Shown: piece by piece, positions 61,482 through 64,000 of the stretch
Position numbering within the stretch: the first letter of the stretch is position 1
Layout of the letters: every line of letters starts with the position of its first letter
DNA from: Candidatus Fervidifonticultor sextus
GTDB taxonomy: Bacteria > Sysuimicrobiota > Sysuimicrobiia > Sysuimicrobiales > Humicultoraceae
Assembly: GCA_031459875.1 (NCBI GenBank)
Contig: JAVKHQ010000014.1
Span: forward strand, 1 to 64,000
Direction: 5' to 3'
Length of the DNA stretch: 64,000 nucleotides
Made by a program: the position numbers and the translations under genes
The notes under the pieces: model-generated
The model's input: only the letters and a program-made list of their open reading frames with translations
The model's database searches: none
Told to the model about the DNA's origin: nothing

Positions 61482-61816
61482 GCCGTCTTCTGGGGGATGC
61501 AGCAGATGAACTTGAGCGGCCTGCTGCCGGTGTTCCTGATCTGGTGCCGCTCGTGGGGCGGCACCCACATCACGTGCCCGGGCTGCAACGGGCGTTCACC
61601 CTCGTCGCCGACCATCACGCCCTCGCCGTCGAGCAGGTACATCTCCTGTTCGTACCAGTGCTCGTGCAGCGGCGTGGCGGCGCCGGGCGCGACCTCGAAA
61701 ATCCGCATGGCGAAGTTCTGCGCGCCGCGCTTGTGGTCGATGACCCAGCGGATCTTCACGCCGGGCATAGATTCGGGCTCTTCGGCGGGGACATCCTCAG
61801 GGCGAAAGATTTCCAT
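61478..61816 (-). CDS. Cupin domain protein
   Basis: PLHEHWYEQE...PPHERHQIRN. Confidence 0.85.
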   Translation of the reverse strand: MEIFRPEDVPAEEPESMPGVKIRWVIDHKRGAQNFAMRIFEVAPGAATPLHEHWYEQEMYLLDGEGVMVGDEGERPLQPGHVMWVPPHERHQIRNTGSRPLKFICCIPQKTA

Positions 61817-61953
61817 GGCACCTGATAGCGCACCACTTTCGTGTGTTATTCTATCTAGGTTCCTGGATTCCTTCATCCGACTAACCGCAATCTATGCAGA
61901 TGTTGCCGGCACAGGCTGTCGGTTGGCTGTGTTGCCGAATGGGAGAGAGGGAC

Positions 61954-62598
61954 ATGGGTGGTGAACTGCTGGCTGCGGAAGTCAGGGCGTACCTCGACGA
62001 CCTGGTGCCGCCTCGTCCGGCGGAGATGCAGAGGATGGAGGCCTATGCGCGGCAGACGCGGTTCCCCATCATCGGGCCGGCCGCGGGCCATTTCTGTTAT
62101 CTGTTGGCACGGATGATCGGTGCGCGGCGGGTCTTCGAGATGGGATCAGGCTACGGCTACTCGACCGCCTGGTTCGCGCAGGCCGTGAAGGAAAACGGCG
62201 GCGGGACGGTGTTCCACGTTGTCTGGGATGAGGACCTGTCACGTCGGGCGAGGAGGCATCTGGCCGCGCTGGGGTACGAGGGGATCGTCCAGTACCGGGT
62301 CGGGGAGGCGGTTCAGGCCCTGCGCGAGACCGAGGGGACGTTCGATCTGATCTTCAACGACATCGACAAGCAGGCCTATCCGGACTCGCTGCCGGTGGTC
62401 GCCGACAAACTCCGGCCGGGCGGCGTCCTCATTGCAGACAACATGTTCTGGAACGGGCGGGTCTTCGATCCGAACGACCGTTCCCTTTCCACCTGGGGAG
62501 TCCGCGAGTTCACCCGGCTGATTGTACGCGACCCGCGGTGGAGTGTTTCGGTGGTTCCGATCCGGGACGGGCTGCTGGTCGCCTGCCGGACGGGTTGA
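61954..62598 (+). CDS. SAM-dependent O-methyltransferase
   Basis: EMGSGYGYS, FNDIDKQAY, LIADN, PIRDG. Confidence 0.88.
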   Translation: MGGELLAAEVRAYLDDLVPPRPAEMQRMEAYARQTRFPIIGPAAGHFCYLLARMIGARRVFEMGSGYGYSTAWFAQAVKENGGGTVFHVVWDEDLSRRARRHLAALGYEGIVQYRVGEAVQALRETEGTFDLIFNDIDKQAYPDSLPVVADKLRPGGVLIADNMFWNGRVFDPNDRSLSTWGVREFTRLIVRDPRWSVSVVPIRDGLLVACRTG

Positions 62599-62607
62599 GC
62601 CCGCAGG

Positions 62608-63513
62608 CTACATCCGCACGATTCCCCGCGGATCGAGCACGTCCCGGATCCCGTCTCCCAACAGGTTGAACCCCAGCACCAGCGACATGATGGCCAGGCC
62701 CGGGAACGTCGAGACCCACCATCGGCCGGTGATGAGCTGGTTGCGACCCTCGTTGATCATCGCCCCCCACTCGGGGGTGGGCGGTTGGGCGCCCAGCCCG
62801 ATGAAACTCAGGCTCGCGGCCAGCAGGACCGTGAACCCCATGCCCAGGGTGGCGCGGACCACCACCGGTGAGATGACGTTGGGGGCGATGTGCTTGGCCA
62901 GGATTCCCGCGTCGGACGCGCCCAGCGCCTGCGCGGCTTCCACGTAGGTCTCCTCGCGCACCGAGAGCGTCGAGGCGCGCCCGATCCGCGCGTATCCGGC
63001 CACCCCCACCACGGCCAGCGCCAGGATGGCCTTCTCCAGCCCGGGCCCCAGGACCGAGGCCAGGGCCATGGCGAGTACCAGACCCGGGAAAGCGATGATG
63101 ATGTCCATGACCCGCATGATAAGGTCGTCGAGCCGCCCGCCGACGTATCCCGCCAGGATCCCCAGCGGCGCGCCCACGCCCGCCGCCACGCCCACAGCGA
63201 ACAGGGCGATCAACAGGTCGTAGCGGGCGCCGTGGAGGATGCGGCTCAGGATGTCGCGGCCGTAGAAGTCCGTACCCAGCCAGTGGCCGCGCGCCGGGGG
63301 CAGCATGCGGGCGTCCAGGTGGACCTCCACCGGATCGTAGGGCGAGATGAGCGGAGCGGCCAGTGCCAGCACGATCCAGACCAGCAGGATGGCCAGCCCC
63401 AGCATGGAGAGGCGGTTCCGGCGGAACCGCCGCACCAGCAGCCGGCCCACGGCTACCCGCTCGGGCTGCCGGGAGGCGCTACTGATAGCGAATTCGCGGA
63501 TCGAGGACCGCAT
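62608..63513 (-). CDS. ABC permease (DppC-like)
   Basis: HWLGTDFYGRD, YVEAAQALGA, LSFIGLG...EWG. Confidence 0.9.
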   Translation of the reverse strand: MRSSIREFAISSASRQPERVAVGRLLVRRFRRNRLSMLGLAILLVWIVLALAAPLISPYDPVEVHLDARMLPPARGHWLGTDFYGRDILSRILHGARYDLLIALFAVGVAAGVGAPLGILAGYVGGRLDDLIMRVMDIIIAFPGLVLAMALASVLGPGLEKAILALAVVGVAGYARIGRASTLSVREETYVEAAQALGASDAGILAKHIAPNVISPVVVRATLGMGFTVLLAASLSFIGLGAQPPTPEWGAMINEGRNQLITGRWWVSTFPGLAIMSLVLGFNLLGDGIRDVLDPRGIVRM

Positions 63514-64000
63514 AGGTCAGGTCCACCAGGAAGTTGACGGTGACAAAGGCCGTGGCGATCAGCACCGTGGCTCCCAGCACCGGCGCGTAGTCGAGCCACT
63601 GGATCGACTCGACGAAGTACAGCCCGACCCCCGGCCAGGCGAAGACCGTCTCGATGAGGACGTTACCGCCGAAGAGGCCACCGAACTGGATGCCCAGCAC
63701 CGTGACCGTGGGGATCAGGGCGTTGCGCAGCGCGTGCACGTAGAACACACCCCGGGGCGGCAGCCCCTTCGCCCAGGCGGTCCGGACGTAGTCCTGGTTG
63801 AGGATTTCTACCATGCTCGACCGCAGCAGCCGGACCACCAGACCCACCGAGGCCAGCGACAGCACGAACGCCGGGGGAAGCAGGTGCCAGAGCACGCGGG
63901 CCCACAGCGCGAGATCTCCGGCCAACAGGCTGTCCACGAGATAGAACCCGGTGACATCCGGCGGCGGGACCACGCTGATCCCCAGCCGGCCGGTCGGCGT
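63479..64000 (-). CDS. ABC permease (DppB-like), 5' end outside window
   Basis: DYVRTAWAKGL, IETVFAWPG, DPRIRY. Confidence 0.85.
   Translation of the reverse strand, partial: TPTGRLGISVVPPPDVTGFYLVDSLLAGDLALWARVLWHLLPPAFVLSLASVGLVVRLLRSSMVEILNQDYVRTAWAKGLPPRGVFYVHALRNALIPTVTVLGIQFGGLFGGNVLIETVFAWPGVGLYFVESIQWLDYAPVLGATVLIATAFVTVNFLVDLTYAVLDPRIRYQ

Overview
High-GC bacterial chromosome segment spanning the replication origin. Gene order is Terrabacteria/Firmicutes-like, but a Wza-type exporter suggests a diderm envelope; an Armatimonadota-type lineage is a guess. Left to right: an exopolysaccharide/capsule operon (wza, wzc-like, degenerate BY-kinase, NusG paralog, UDP-sugar dehydrogenase, GT4s, deacetylase, GNAT, Wzy-like); trxB/trxA; lexA with two SOS boxes and translationally coupled unknown genes; glycine cleavage genes; parB (internal parS)-parA-rsmG-jag-yidC-yidD-rnpA-rpmH; oriC DnaA-box clusters flanking an unexpected GHKL-ATPase/winged-HTH gene plus dnaA; dnaN-yaaA-recF-dciA-remB-gyrB-gyrA; a peptide ABC transporter and MFS; the shikimate cluster; an esterase/ATP-grasp/zinc-ribbon unit; ugpBAE with a hydroxyproline-dehydratase-type gene and GDPD; and MoxR-DUF58-DUF4129. 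No rRNA, tRNA, CRISPR or intact mobile element was seen. Best novelty candidates: (1) the GHKL-wHTH gene inside the origin directly upstream of dnaA, (2) the lexA operon with a 35-aa membrane peptide and an apparently catalytically dead RNase H-fold protein, (3) an EPS system with a pseudokinase and a mid-operon antiterminator followed by a strong hairpin. All family assignments come from motif recognition by eye, not database searches.
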